Under the pieces are notes generated by a model, which had not been told where the DNA came from, did no database searches, and worked only from the letters and a program-made list of their open reading frames with translations. This document shows positions 1-14,199 of a stretch of DNA of 64,000 nt, piece after piece. Both the position numbers and the translations under genes were made by a program. How positions within the stretch are numbered: the first letter of the stretch is position 1; the number at the start of each line of letters is the position of its first letter. This stretch comes from Bispira polyomma (Eukaryota). The DNA is taken from assembly GCA_965649765.1 (NCBI GenBank), contig OZ287753.1, positions 78,120,001-78,184,000 on the forward strand, in the 5' to 3' direction.

Positions 1-1618
1 CGCATTTTGTAATATTGCTGTTCTACTGAGAAAAGGGCCATTGATGGATTCCATCCCATTGCAAAACACAGAATCTCTACATCTTTAGGAGTCAAACACA
101 TCACTTTAGAGAATTGTTCTTTGGGAGGAAATACTGCTTTTGTATTCAATGTGTGAAAATAAACGAGTGGAAATTAAGAGAAAAAACTAATTACAAGCGA
201 TTAAGTTTTGGGCACAGAAAAAAAAAACCCTAAAAAGTAATAAAACAGTTTTGGAACTTGATTTTAAAATGTTATGTATGATGAGACATGTTTTTAAAAT
301 TCTTAGTAAAATTGTACAAAAAATACATTACAATAAGGTTGGCATATAAGGAAAACAAGCAGTACTAGCACAAAAAAGAGCATACATTGTAGGTAATAGT
401 AAGATGTTTAATAAGTAAAATATAGTAAAGTAGGAGTGTGGATATATAAAGGTGTTCAATTACAACCGCAGAACATATTCGAATATGTATTAGTGTTGTG
501 TCAGTGACCGATGTTGTTAAAAAGGTGGTAAATATTAAGATGCCAGAATAATAAGTTGTTGGTTGTGATAACTGAAAACAGATGTAGGGTCCTGGGTTTT
601 TGAAGGTATGTGTTTTGGTAAGTTAGAGGCAATTTAGCCTTTGACAGGTTAACATCAAGAAATAGAGAGAGAGAGAGGTCTATGTGTAAATTAGCTTATA
701 ATGACTGCTGATATATAACCAGTTGTGAGTAAAATTATAATTTTTGACTGATGAGTATTTACCTAAAATAAAGAAGCCCTGACCAGTTCTGATAACAAAG
801 TCAGGTCTTGGTCACAGACAATTAATGCAGATACTTCCAAACTATTTTAGACAGCCAACATCAATACCAATTATATTTGTGGAATCTTGGCAAATGTTCC
901 TATTTGTTAATTGCTTAATTATGGTAAATACAATTCAGTGCACAGGTTATCCATTGCACTAGAAAAGAAAACACATTAGTTTTTATTATCTTAGACCAAG
1001 TCACATGATACTTAATACAACCTAATGTTATACCTTTATTGTAAAATGTTATAGACAGTCAACATAAACTTAGAAATTCCATAAATTTGTAAAATATTTT
1101 TGTGACAAATTGTAAACTTTGTACTTTAAATCCGTCAGTCTCCACAGAAATTGAGAAGCAGGTTTTATTGGCTTAGACCAATATAAATATAAAATTTTAT
1201 TAATTTCATAAAAATATGGACAGTTTGAGAAACCTATTGTTATTGTAAACATCCCTGTATCTTAGGATATTTGTAGTGTATGTAAAAATTTAGTGTATAT
1301 GTAAAAGCAAAATATATATTTCATCTTGGAGGCGCTGTAAGGTCGTAAAAATGGCTCTTTGCATAGAGAACATGAAAATGATGTTAGTTACTAACAAGAA
1401 AGCAAACCCTTTTTATATCCATCATCACTTTTGTGGGCCAAAAATGGGGATTTGGAGCAGACGACTAAATACTCCCCTAGGCGAGAAAATACAGACATAT
1501 ACAGATATATGTATACCGTACAGTATTTAATAACCGCCAGCTTGTAATTGTTTTATTTACATCATGCTCTGCATGATCTTTGAAAATTGCATCGCCATTT
1601 AAGAAATGATATGTAATG

Positions 1619-2192
1619 TCCTGGTCCCACCCAATGTACGTTATGTTTGGTTAGTCAGGCAAAGGTTGTGTAAATAGTTGATACAAAAGTGCAAAACTTG
1701 ATGAAGGCATCAACAGACGTTTAAATTAATATATTAGTACGTCAAAACATGTCAGGTCTCGCAGGGGATGCATAAGTTCACGTAAAAGTATGTATTTTAT
1801 CCCTCGTATGACACGTTTTTTCCGTTAAAATACGTTAATTACGTTAAACCACTTCATTTATTACGTTATATCTACGTAATTCCTAATTGTTTTGCATAAA
1901 AAAATGGCTTCAACGTGGCAGTGCATCTATTCACATGATATACGTGCCCTTGCAGCATAATGATGCACATTTACACACTGTCACGCATCTCCACGTTTCA
2001 GTACGTCATATTTTTACATCTCTTGCATGTCCAAATTTTAAACAGTTTAAAACAAAATTTTTTTTGCGAGTCATCTCTCACGCCAGGTTACGTATGTTTA
2101 TGTATATTATGTCAGCTCCCGCAAATACCACGCAAAACCTACGCAAATTAATTTTCAATGGACTGCCAACATGACAGCTGGTGGGACCAGGG
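1619..2192. mobile_element. Non-autonomous TIR element (EnSpm/CACTA-like), nested in another repeat
   Basis: TIRs CCTGGTCCCACC ... GGTGGGACCAGG with ACGT-rich short internal repeats. It interrupts the 'gccatt..gaaat.atatgtaa|ggccttcat' repeat. Confidence 0.65.
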
Positions 2193-2619
2193 TATAAGGC
2201 CTTCATAGTAAGGCCTACTTGGTTGAAATCCATTGACCCGTTTAAACTGAGGGGTGTTTGATTAGTATATGTATGGGGCAGCCAAGCCAATATCAACATA
2301 AGCATATTTCATACTGTACGCCAATGTGTTTCTGTAAAAAAAAAAACTCTTGTTATTACCTCAAACAAGAAGAGGTTATGGTTGTCCCTGTGTCCATTAG
2401 TTTGTTTGTCACCAGGGACTAAATTCACAAAATAAACTCAACTCAAATAAAGGCTATCTCTTATTCAATGTACACCTGGAAATAACCTATACTTGTAACC
2501 ATTCATTTGAATAGAGCTTTGAGCACTGAATTCAAATATGTAGTCAGATTTTACCTAGGTTTACTCTAGCCAGAGATATGTGGACTTTATGTAGTATTCA
2601 CACCTTCATGTTCTCTAGA

Positions 2620-3035
2620 GCCGTTCACTACTGATCTTAAGATCTTGTGTGAACTGGGCATAAACTAGTGAGATCGGCAAGAACGGGAGGTAGAGCCAGA
2701 AGTTTGAGCATGTTCAGAACGTCTATGGGTGGTCAGCTCTAAAAGCACATCTGGAGACAAGGGGATGTGGTCGGGGCTTAAACAGGGCATAAACTGCTCA
2801 GAACTTGTATGATCTGGACCGGACTGGTGGAACCTGGTGGAATCTAGTCCCAACGTTGCAAAAAGGTGTGATGAACTACTAAGATATGGTATGGTCTGGG
2901 CATAAACTGGTGAGATCTGGTAAAACCTGGGCATATCCTTAGCGTAAATTGGGATTAAATAGTGCATATCCTTGATATAAATTGGGAATATACTGGGCAT
3001 GATTTGATGAATGATATACAAATGATATACAAATT
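2620..3035. repeat. Degenerate array with ~10-bp period (ctgggcataa/gatctggtgg-like), probably the subterminal region of a DNA transposon
   Basis: Recurrent ggcataaact / gatctgg units. The overlapping 118-aa ORF is a low-complexity artefact. Confidence 0.45.
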
Positions 3036-4449
3036 TTTTATCAGAAAAAACTTGATGCTGTTTTCATTCTGGAAACTGTGTTGCGATTGAAGAGGAAGCC
3101 ATCATCTAACAAATAATATGTAAGGTCTTCATGGATTGGTTAGAAGCAATCGACCCGTCCAAATTCAGGGGCATCAGATTTGCTTGAGTATATGGTGGCC
3201 ATATCAACATTAGTGTATTTCACACTGTTTGTATGCATCTTTTTTAAAAGACAACTCTTGTCATGCTCTAATATGTCAATATTTAGTGTCCATAGTTAAT
3301 ATATTGTATTTTATAGTATGTTGATACTAATTAACTGGTTTACTGTGGCTACATAACACTAGAGAGAAGTTATCTCAGTGAGTTAAAATTAGGTGTTTTA
3401 CGGTACCAATGGTGAGCTGGTCGCCGTAATTTTACATTACAGCAATAGAATATACACTACTAAACAGTAACAAGTTGTTCCCTGAATATACTCCTAAATA
3501 GATATTTATACAGGGCATTGTAGATGAAGAGTGGGTGGTCTCCAACTCAATTGATAGATCCTTAGGGAGTTTCTGGAATGGGGGCTTTAAATACAATGGA
3601 TGGTGTCCTTATACAAGTTTCGGTCCCATGTATTCTTTTGACACTTCTGAGAATGTTCGGGGATATTTAAATCCTGTGGGGCTCTTTATTTGTGTAACCT
3701 TTTAAAAATGATTTAAAACCTTTGTTAACCAAATATTTTAAAAGCTTAATTTTATTAAATTTACTTCTAAGGTCAATAGTTTTTGCTTATTAAAAACATA
3801 ACTGACTTTGGTTTTAAATATTTGCTTCAGTTGTTTTAGTGGCCACCATCTGCAGTGTTTTGCTTATCTCAATGCAAACCCCTCTCTCAATGTAATTGTT
3901 GCCAAAAGAGCAAGTAGATTAGTAAATAGTCCATAGACACAGATTACCATACATCACAACAGGACTACTTCTACTGTAGCTGGTCCACAATAACAGAGAA
4001 GATGTGTCAATGGCTGTAGTTTACTTTTACAGTTGGGCTCTAGGTGCCAACGATACATGGGACCATATTCTCTACAGAAACTTACGTTTAAACTCAGACT
4101 CAACTCAAAATTAGGACTGCATGGAAATCCCTGTACATGCAAATAACCGATGCTTGTGACTAGTTATCTTAATAGAGCTTTCAGTGCTAAATTCAAACAT
4201 ACAGTCACATTTTAAAGCACTTTACCCTGTCCAGAGATTTAAGCTCCAGTCTGACTTTGAGCTTGTGAACTTTCGAGAATATGGCCCATGAGGCAGTATT
4301 CACAATACGTCTTGGTCTTAACCTAGTCTTAGGCTTTCGATTGATGTGTCTAATGTATTGAGAAATACCTTGTGCTAGTCTTGGTGTATTTAAAGTAAAG
4401 ATAACACTAAGCCAGGAACCAACACCAAAATCTAACTTTGTGCTCAATT

Positions 4450-4650
4450 GAATTTGAATTGACTTGGGTTTTATGTCGCTTTCTACAGCTTTTGTTCATA
4501 TTGTGGTGGCCAGGTTTAGTGGTGGAGAGAACCAGTGCTGAAGCATTGTTAACCACCGACAAACTTTCTCCAATGATGTGGGATTCGATCCCCAGAGGTG
4601 AGAGGCCAGTGATTTTAAAACTAGTGATGCTTATAACCACTTGTCCACCA
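4450..4650 (-). mobile_element. tRNA-derived SINE (V-domain-like family)
   Basis: Reverse strand has a gtggttataagc..aatcactggcctctcacctctg..gatcgaatccc head and an aaacccaa..aattcaa tail, like the other copies. Confidence 0.7.
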
Positions 4651-7600
4651 CGATCCCATCTTTGTGGTCGAAATCTCAGATCAAAAAACCAAGATCAAGT
4701 CTATTTTCAAGCAATACTGACTTAATTGACTACTGTATATAGAGGGCTTTCATGCCCCCCATTGTCAAACTCCAGGTTTTTAGAACCTAGATAATATTCT
4801 ATGGTATGGACACTCTATCCTGATTCAGTTGGTTCAATCCCAAATCCGGGCCAATTAGGATTAGTGTGAACATTTGTATTAGAATAGAGACCCTGCAGTG
4901 AAAAATATATTACAGCATTTACCAGGCTTGTAACTGTTTCCTAAACAACATTAGTAGATGACAAGGGAGTAGTGGTAACTGAAGAAACTACTTAAACGTA
5001 CAATAAGAAAATGGGCTTTGAATTTAATTCAGGACCTATATGTGTCTGCATTGAGATTTCTGTATTTTTTTCATAATTTGCAAGTATTTTATTTCTGAAT
5101 GTTCTATGTTTTATTCATTTGTCTGTTCTGAAATGTACATCACTGTACAAATAATAGAATAAATGAATAAATGTGGCCTTCGGAAAAAGAACAAACAATG
5201 ATACAAAAAAAATCTGTACCCTGGTGAAAGCTCAGGTATCAGTTCTTAGGTTATTAAAGGCAAACCTGTTGCTCTATTCTTCAAAATACTCCAGCTCAAT
5301 TCTTAAGGTCTGAACATCTCTGACCAGAGTCAAGTCAAAGCTCAACTGTACATATTTGAATTCTTCGAAAATAAATAGTTACAAGTTCCAGTTATCATGT
5401 CGTATATTAAAGGGACTTCCACATAGCATTCACCTGAGTTGAGCATGCATTTCATCTTTAGTTTCAGGAATTTGATTGGCTGAAAAAAATTTCTAATCAA
5501 ATCTGATTGGCTGAGAACAATAAAATACTTAGCATTGCATTCTAAGGATGTTTGTGAGTATGGCTCCAGGACTGACAAGCAAGGATTTTTTGTAGTTATT
5601 GTCCACACATATTCCCCGGACAACTCAGTCCATGTTTTATTGTCAGACTTTCCTGATTTATAGCCATCAAACATCAATTTAGTTGCTGGAAAAGCCATTT
5701 TTAAGGCAGGTCTACATTATTACAGCTTTTAGTACAATGTAAGGTCCTGGGACAAAATGAGATTGACAATAATAAAATCAGCCCCCAAATATGTGGAGAA
5801 ATAAAAAGTAGGTAAGCAAAAATATATATTTATACTTTTGGGTTTGAATTCTGATCTAGATCCTGTCCTCCTATGTGACTATTATTTTGCATACTGATTT
5901 GGATATGCTCTGGATTTTAGTGCTATAGCAGTTTAAACATTAATACGTCTGTGACAGTTTTTGTTGGGAGAAGCGGGTGGAGGGGTATGCTCTAGATTAG
6001 TTTTGAAACGTTTTACATCAGTAGCGGGTCATGTTGGCTCGTTCTGGCTACTTTTACAATAGTGTTGATTAGTTTCAGATGGTGAACTTTTGTTGAAATT
6101 GGTAAGGTATTAGTGTGTATTCCTTATTGTAGTTATGTCCTTGTTTCTCATTAGTGGAGGTACCTGGAGGTACCTGTCACTTCTGTGGCAGGTCCATCAC
6201 AGTTTTGTTTCAAACAGACCTTAACTGCATAGCAGTGGGGCTGGGGGAATTTTGGGGTGGTAAAGTTTTGATCTATATGTAGACGACAAGCCACGGCCTT
6301 AACATTAAACCTGATAATATTGAAATAGTGACAATACCCAGCATTATAAAAATTAAAAGTTACAAAATATTACTAATAACACAAGGTGGAGTTATTCAGT
6401 TGGATGAACTTCTACTTAAAGCTATTTTTTTTTAAATATACTATAAAACTAGAGCATGTGTTTTGCAACTAATTATAAATACTTTTGGACAAACTAAACG
6501 GCAATTAAACCCACACATTCCTATCGCCATTGCTATTCAGAGAGAGTAGTATATTTAACATCAGGGGCTTAAATATCATTGTTAATAGACCTTGTTTACA
6601 AATGCAATGGTAATTGGATCAAACAAAGAGCAGTCACCCTGGGGGTAAGGGTTGAGGGGAGAGGGTGGGGGTGGGATGTTTATTTTTAACTTGTAAACTA
6701 ATGCTTTGTTTATTTTTGTAAACTTGCTGTTCCACTAAAAACAGAACAAATTGATAGATTCCATCTCTTTGCAAAATACACAACCTCTACACCTCGGATG
6801 TTGAACATCACTTTAGGAAATTGCTTTTTTTTATTTGGGATACTGATTTTGTATTCAGTGTGTGAAATTAATAAGTCAGTCATTGTAAACAAGTGGAAAA
6901 TTATGAGAAAACTAATTACAAGCATGTTTTTTGTAACAAAAAAATAATAAAAAAACAGCATTTTTCCAACCTGATTATATAATTTTGATGTAAGATGACA
7001 CCTTTTGTTTCAATTTTTCAGTAAAATCATTAACAATAACTTACACAAAAAGGTGATGTATAAGAAAAGCAAGCAATGATAGCATCAAAAGAGCATATAT
7101 TGTCAGTTTTATGGTAAGATGTGCAATAAGTATAATACAACAACAGAACTTATGCAAATGTTTATGTGTGTTGTGTCAGTTAATGACAAGTGACCTACTT
7201 ATTTGTTAAGAAGGTTTTAAATGTCAAGATGCCAAAACATTAGGCTGTTTGGGTGTGATGACTGAAAACAGATGTAGGGTCCTGGGTTTTTGAAGGTATG
7301 TGTTTTTTGTAAGCTAGAGGGAATTAAGGCTTTGACAAGTTACCATCATGAGAGGGAGAATGTGTGCTGTGTGTAAACTGACTTATTATAATCGTTGTTG
7401 TATAACCAGTTACCAGTAAAATGATCATCTTTCACTGATGGGTATATACCTGATTTAAAGAAGCCTGACCAGTTTTGATAACAAAAGCCAGATCTTGGTC
7501 AAAGACAATTAATGCAGATACTTAAGAATAAAAACAATTCCAAACTATTTCAGAGAGTCAACATCAATACCAACATACCATAAATTTGTGGAATCTGGAG

Positions 7601-10600
7601 AAATGTTGCTATTTGCTATTTGCTTAATTATGATAAATACAATTCGATGCACAGCTTATGGATTGTCCTAGAAAAAAAGACTTTAGACAACGTCACATGT
7701 GATTTTATACAACTGAATGTTATACTTCAGTCTAAATGTTATACACAGTCAACATCAACTTGAAAATTTCATAAATTTGTGAAATATTTCTATGACATAA
7801 TGTGAACTTTGACCTTTAAATAAGTCAGACTCCACCAAGTATGTTTTATGAACTGTTCATTTGGTCAAAACATATTTATTGACTGTTGAAAGTATCCCTA
7901 TTATAGTACCAGCAGTCTTAAGATCATTATAAGATCAGTCTGTGAGTATGGTCAACCAGTTCAGATTCGTAAGCATTGGTTTTGCGGATGTCTTGCGAAT
8001 GTGTGAGAAAACAAAGACAGGTTGCAGACCATCGTACATCGATGTTCAAGGTTTTAAAGCTCCTTAGCAGTCTAGATCATTGAAGATCATTAAACAAAGA
8101 AGTTATTGTTTAGGGGTGGAAGTTGGTGTTCGGTCATTGGTGGTTATACTTCGTGCAAGTAGTTACTGTCACTAAACGCCTATTGTTTGTCAAGCGATTC
8201 CTGAGCAGTATCGTAAGAAGTGGCCAGAGGTCTGCCACTGGTTATTACACTTTATGCAAGTAGTTACTGCCATTCGGCAAATACAGTGCAACTACTTTAC
8301 TGGGTGAAAATTAGACTGACTGAAACTAATTTTGATATGCTTATAACATGGCTTGAGCCTCTGTTGACAAATGATACTGAAGAGCAAATCAAGCTGGAGT
8401 AATCTTCTATTACCTTTGGTTACATAACACTAGAGAGAACTTATCCTCAATGAGTTAAACTTAGGTATTTTACGGTACCAATAGTAAGTTGTTTGCAGCA
8501 AGTTTTTAACAGCAAGGGAATATACACTACTAGACAGTAATAAGTTGTTCCCTAAATATGCCCCGAATAGATATTTATACATGGCGTTGTAGATGTAGAG
8601 TGGGCGGTCTCCAACTCAATTGATAGATCTTCGGGGAGTTTCCGGAAGAGGGCTTTAAATACAATGGATAGTGTCATTATAAAAGTTTCAGTCTGATGTA
8701 CTTTTTTTAACACATGTTTCAGGATGCTTAAATCTGGTGGGGTTCTTTATTGGTAAAACCTTTTAAAAATTGATTTAATTTTTCATATTGAAATATGTTA
8801 AAAGCTTATTGTTATTAAATTTATATATGGCTGGTTTTTTTTTTTTTTTTGCTGTATTTGCTCCAGTTGTTTTTAGTGGCCACCATCTGCTGTGTCTGCT
8901 TATCTCTATATATAAAACTTCTTTCAATGTAATTTTTACCGAAAGAGCAAGTAGATTAGTATATAGTCCATGGGAAACCATTACCATACATCACAATAGG
9001 ACCACCCAGCACAGTGCATAAAACGGGATAATTGTCAAAACTCGATGTCTTGGGTTGAATACCATTTTGTTTTTCAAAATGGCTGCCAGTTAAAAAGGAC
9101 TATTGATGGATTCCATGTCGTCGCAACACACAGAACCTCTACACCTCCAGTGGGCAAACACATCACTTTAGGGAATTGCTTTTTTTGGATACTTCTTTAG
9201 TATTCAAAGTGAAATAAATAAGTCAGTAAACGGCTGCCATACAGTTTCCACATATACCCGGACATCATATTTTGGCACCAAAAAGTTCCAAATATTTTAA
9301 TGTGTTTGTTTGCAAACGCCTAAAATTCTTTAAAATTATTTTGTTGATGCAATCTTAATTACACATTATATGTTTGAGTCCATATACTTGCCTATGTTTT
9401 TGGACCTCCCAATTGGTTTATTGAAGCTGTTGTAGCACTTTATTTGACGCCTTGCATCAATGTATTAGTTCACATGATGCTGTTGTAGTATTTGTTTATT
9501 TTAAGAATAACATAATAGTGATGCTAAACTCTTCACAAATTGAGTTTAGCAGTTAGTGTTAAGCTAGTTTTAAAAGTTTCCATGTGTGGTTTGTTAAACA
9601 TTACATGTTTCCAAATTGATTCATTTAAAGGGAGCACACATTGTACGTCTGTTGTAACTGCACAATAACAGAGAATATTTTCAATGCTTTTGTTGATTTT
9701 TGCGGTGAGCTTTATGTGTCTAAGACACCTGGACTTGTATTCTTAACATAAAAAAAGCTAGGAACCAGACCAAACTATAACTTTGTGGTCAAAAAGATTA
9801 TATTAAAAACTAAATAAAATAGAACACATAAGAGTGTATTTTTAAGACTTAATAATTTAACTGACTTTACTGTATGTAGAGCTTATATCTTCCCTAATGC
9901 CAAATGCAGGTTTTTAGAACCCAAATGAAATTTTATAGTCTCCACACTGGATCCAAATTCAGTTTAATTCAGAAACCGGGTAAGTCCAGATTAGTCTGAA
10001 CAGGGTATATGTGCATACTATAGCCTGGAGTGAAGAGAATATCTACCCTAATGAAAGCTCAGTCTTAAATTCTATTTTAACTGTTTGAATTCAGAGCTAA
10101 AAAGTTCTTTTAAAATAAATTGTTACAAGTTATTATATTGTATATACAAGACTTCCACAAAGCCTTGATTTGAGTTGAGTCTACCCTTTAAGCTTCAGAT
10201 TCTTTGGTGAATACAGGCTCTGGGCTGGTATTCACAAAGATTCTATAGCCTTAAATATTTTTGCCTCAGCCAATTTTATGAATATGTTATTTCAGAGATT
10301 CTGATTGGCCGAGACTAAGAACATTCTAAGAATGTTTGTGAAAACGGACTCTGGACCTAAAGGATGTTTGTCGTTTTTCTGGGACAATAGCTCATGTCCA
10401 CACATATTCACTAAACAGCTAATGTTTTATTATCATATTTTTTCTGACATAGAGGCATCAAACTGCGATTCAGTTGTTGGAAAAGCAAATTCTAAGGCAC
10501 GTCTATATTATCACAGCTATTAGTACAATATAACGTCTTGGGACAAAACAAGATCGACAATAATAAAATCAGCCCCAAATATACAGAGAAATAAAAGGTG

Positions 10601-11014
10601 GGTAAGCAAAACTATATTTCAATAAAAAAAATTGCAAAATACAATAATAAATTTGTAATAAATGGTAATTAGATATTTATTTTTCTTTTGGGCAATGCAA
10701 TGTAATGTTTGTGCACTTACATAATTTAATTTAATGTTCAACAAATAAATTCATTTTCAAATATAAGTGTTACAACAAAAGTAATAAAGATTATATATAA
10801 TTTGTATGAAGTGTTGTCAATGTCTGAATATATGAAGATTAATTGAAAAATTGCGGTTCAGAAGCCATTTAAACATTTAATTCAACTGGTGACGACTGAA
10901 CTCTCATCATGAGCATTTTCCTCCTATCAGACTATACTTTTGCATAATGACTGGGATGTGTGCCACAGAGGATGCCTGGTCATTGATTTTAGCACTATAT
11001 TACAATTTTAACGC

Positions 11015-12075
11015 TCCAAGCAGTGGTTCGGTATAAAGGGCAGTGTCCTTGAATGGATCAGATCCTACCTTACTCTTAGGGCACGCAAAAATTAAATTAG
11101 ATGATCACCTTTTATCTTTCACAAACCTACCAGACAGAGTACCCCAGGGATCCGTCCTTGGGCCTCTACTTTTCACCGTTTATACACAGTACCTCAGCAC
11201 TGTCATCAATAATCATAAAATAAAACACCACATGTATGCAGATGACACTCAGGTTTATCTCACTCTCGACCCTCAAAATGCAAATAAAAATATTGACCTA
11301 CTTGACTGTCTGTCCGCCATCCACGCATGGATAAACCACTCTAAACTCAAACTAAACCCGGACAAAACAAAATTCATTCTTATTGGAAACAAGAAAAAAG
11401 TGAATTCTTAAAATCTTTGTTTCCGATTTTTCTTCAGGGAAAAGACATCCTACCTTCTGAAAATGCCAAAAACCTGGGTGTCACTTTTGATTCAGTTTTT
11501 TCGTTTGACACTCACATTGCCAACATCTGTCGCTCCTGCTATTACCACATACGCAACATCAAAAGAATCTGAAACCACCTGTCAATGGACACAGCGATAA
11601 CTGTGGCTAATGCCCTTGTGAGCAGCCACTTCAACTACTGCCACTCTCTTCTGTATGGAGCAAACAAGTCACACATTAAAAAGCTCCAGTTCATTCAAAA
11701 CTACCTTAGCAGGGTTATTTTTCGCCTGGGTTGTCGTGCAGATGCGACTCCTTACCTCAAAAAATTACACTGACTGCCCATTCAGTCTTGTATTTTGTTC
11801 AAGACTCACGTTACCACTTTTAAGCTGTAGTCACTCATCAGCCCTTGTACCTTGCTTCCCTTCTTTCCTTCAGTAACCGGAAAAGAGGCAACAGACTTTC
11901 TGTTTCTTCGGTCAGACTCATCAGGAGGGCGGGATCCTGAGCATTCTTCATTGCAGCTCCTTCGTTATAGAACAGTCTCCCAGTTGACCTCAGATCAGTT
12001 GATACACTTATCGATTTTAGGGAAAACCTAAAACCTACCTTTTTAACCTTGCCTACTCACTTTAGCTTCCCTCAG
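11015..12075 (+). mobile_element. L2-clade LINE, 5'-truncated and decayed
   Basis: RT motifs [18 protein letters not shown] and KLNPDKT, then NALVSS..YC and LH(W)LP. Contains stops and frameshifts. Confidence 0.9.
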
Positions 12076-14199
12076 TTACAGTTATCAATTCACCAATAAC
12101 AATGTGGAGTTATTCAATTGAATGAACTTCTTAGTTACTATAAAATTTGAGCATGTGTTTGCAATTAATTTATAAATACTTTGGACAAATTAAACTGCTA
12201 TTGAATCTACACATTCGTATATTGCTATTCGGAGAAGTACTATACTTAACATCAGGGGCTCAAATATCATTGCAACTAGACCTTGTTTCCAAATGGAATG
12301 GTAATTTGATCAAGCAAAGAACAGTCACCCTAGAGGGAAAGGTGTGGGATGTTTATTTTTAAATTGTAAACTAATTCTTGGATTTTGTTTAACAATGCTG
12401 TTCCACCAACAACAGACCATTGATGGATTTTATCTCATCGCCAAACACAGAACATCCTACCTCCGGGGGGAGGGCAAACACATCACTTTAGGGAATTGCT
12501 TTTTGGGGAATACTGCTATTGTACTCGGTCTGAAATTGATATGTCATTTATTGTAAAAGTAAACTAGTGGAAATTTTTAAATAGATATTTATACATGGCA
12601 TTGTAGATGTAGAGTGGGTGGTCTCCAACTCAATTGATAGAACCTTAGGGAATTATGAAATTGGGCTTTAAATACAATGGAGGGTGGCGTATTTTTCTTA
12701 ACAGTTCTGGAAATGTTCTGGAATACCTAAATACTGTGGGCTCTTTATTGGTCTAATGGGTTAACGGAGGTGATGTGGTGATCTATACGTGCATGAGAAG
12801 CCATGAGCCTGCCTCAATGAATACTGCCAAACATTTGTCTAAATGAGAACGGTCCTCAACATTAAACCTGATAATATTAAAATAGTATCAATACCCAGCA
12901 ATATACTATAAAAAAATAAAATTAAGCTGCTATTAAACCCACATTCAGATTGCACTTGCTCCTTAGAGAAATACTATATTTAATATCAGGTGCTTAAATA
13001 TCATTGTTACTATACCTTATTTACAAATGCAATGGTAATTTGATCAAACAAAGAACTGTCACCCTAGAGGGGAGTGGCAGGTGGGAGAGGAGGTGGAATG
13101 TTGATTTTTAACTTGTAAACTAATTCTTTGTTGTTTTTCTTTCTAATATTGCAGTGCTATTGAAAAAAGACCATTGATGGATTCCATCACATCGCCAAAC
13201 ACAGAACCTCTACACCTCTGGGGGCAAAAACATAACTTTAGAGAATTGTTTTTTTTGTTTTGGTTTGGGGAATTCTTCTTTTGTAGTGGGTGTGTGAAAT
13301 TAATATCAGTCATTGTGAAAATAAACAAGTGGAACTTATGAAAAAAACTAATGACAAGTGAAAAAATTTTGGTACACAAACATATAAGTAAATCAACAGT
13401 TTTATGATTTGATTTTAGAACTTTAATGTAAGATGACACATTTTATTTCTAGTTTTCACTAATCATTCCAAAAAATCTTACAAAAGGATGATTTATATGA
13501 AAATCAGGGTAAAATCTGGCTGTTACTAGACGTTAGGGTTATATTTTACTGTAACTGCATGAATATGAACAAATCCATAAAAAAGGAAAAGGCATATTTG
13601 GAACAATAAGTGTTTCTTAAGGATATTATTTTTAATGACACCATGTACTGTGAGTGTAATTTCTCATCGGAGTGTCAATATCTGTGTGATTAATTTTCTC
13701 TTTAGTAACTGAACCCTTAAGGTAAAGATGGAAATTGTTTTGTCAAATGTCATTTATTATGTTATACTAGTTTAGTATTAATAGTAATTTTACTATTTCC
13801 TCTTTTCAGGCTATTTACTCCTTGAATACATTACCATTGCCTTTTTAAAAGACAACTCTTTTGAATACCTGCTTCCTTATCAGTATGTATGTTTAAACAC
13901 ATTATATCTGTGATCGAAACAGTTTTAATTAGTTCTATTGTCACACTAAGACATTACAATACATTTATATTACCGACATATAAAAAATACAACATCACAA
14001 TTTTACTAAATACAAAAAAAAGCAACACACACAATAACCATATAAGTATAGAAGGAACCTTTTCGATGATTATAGATACCATCTTCCATCTGATCTATTG
14101 AAGCTATATTAATAATTGGTGCTAAAAAGAGAGATATTTTTATAAAATTATGTCTAGGAGTTGACCCAAGGAGTCTCTAAACACATGAAATTCTCCATT

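Larger units (their letters stand above)
1..13500. repeat. Old, rearranged tandem duplication of a ~5-7 kb unit (2-3 copies, more for some blocks)
   Basis: Direct repeats seen by eye: 1-1140~6720-7835~13145-13500; 3340-3965~8410-9000~12575-12755; 4700-4880~9860-10005; 5215-5825~10045-10615; 6290-6720~12090-12400~12850-13135. Confidence 0.85.

Noticed and set aside
2665-3021. 118-aa ORF as a gene
   Set aside because: It is a translation of a ~10-bp periodic repeat.
7253-7306. C/D-box snoRNA or conserved element (46 bp identical to 571-616, TGATGA upstream)
   Set aside because: Box C is absent in the paralog (TGATAA), there is no convincing D box or terminal stem, and the identical run could be chance within a duplication.
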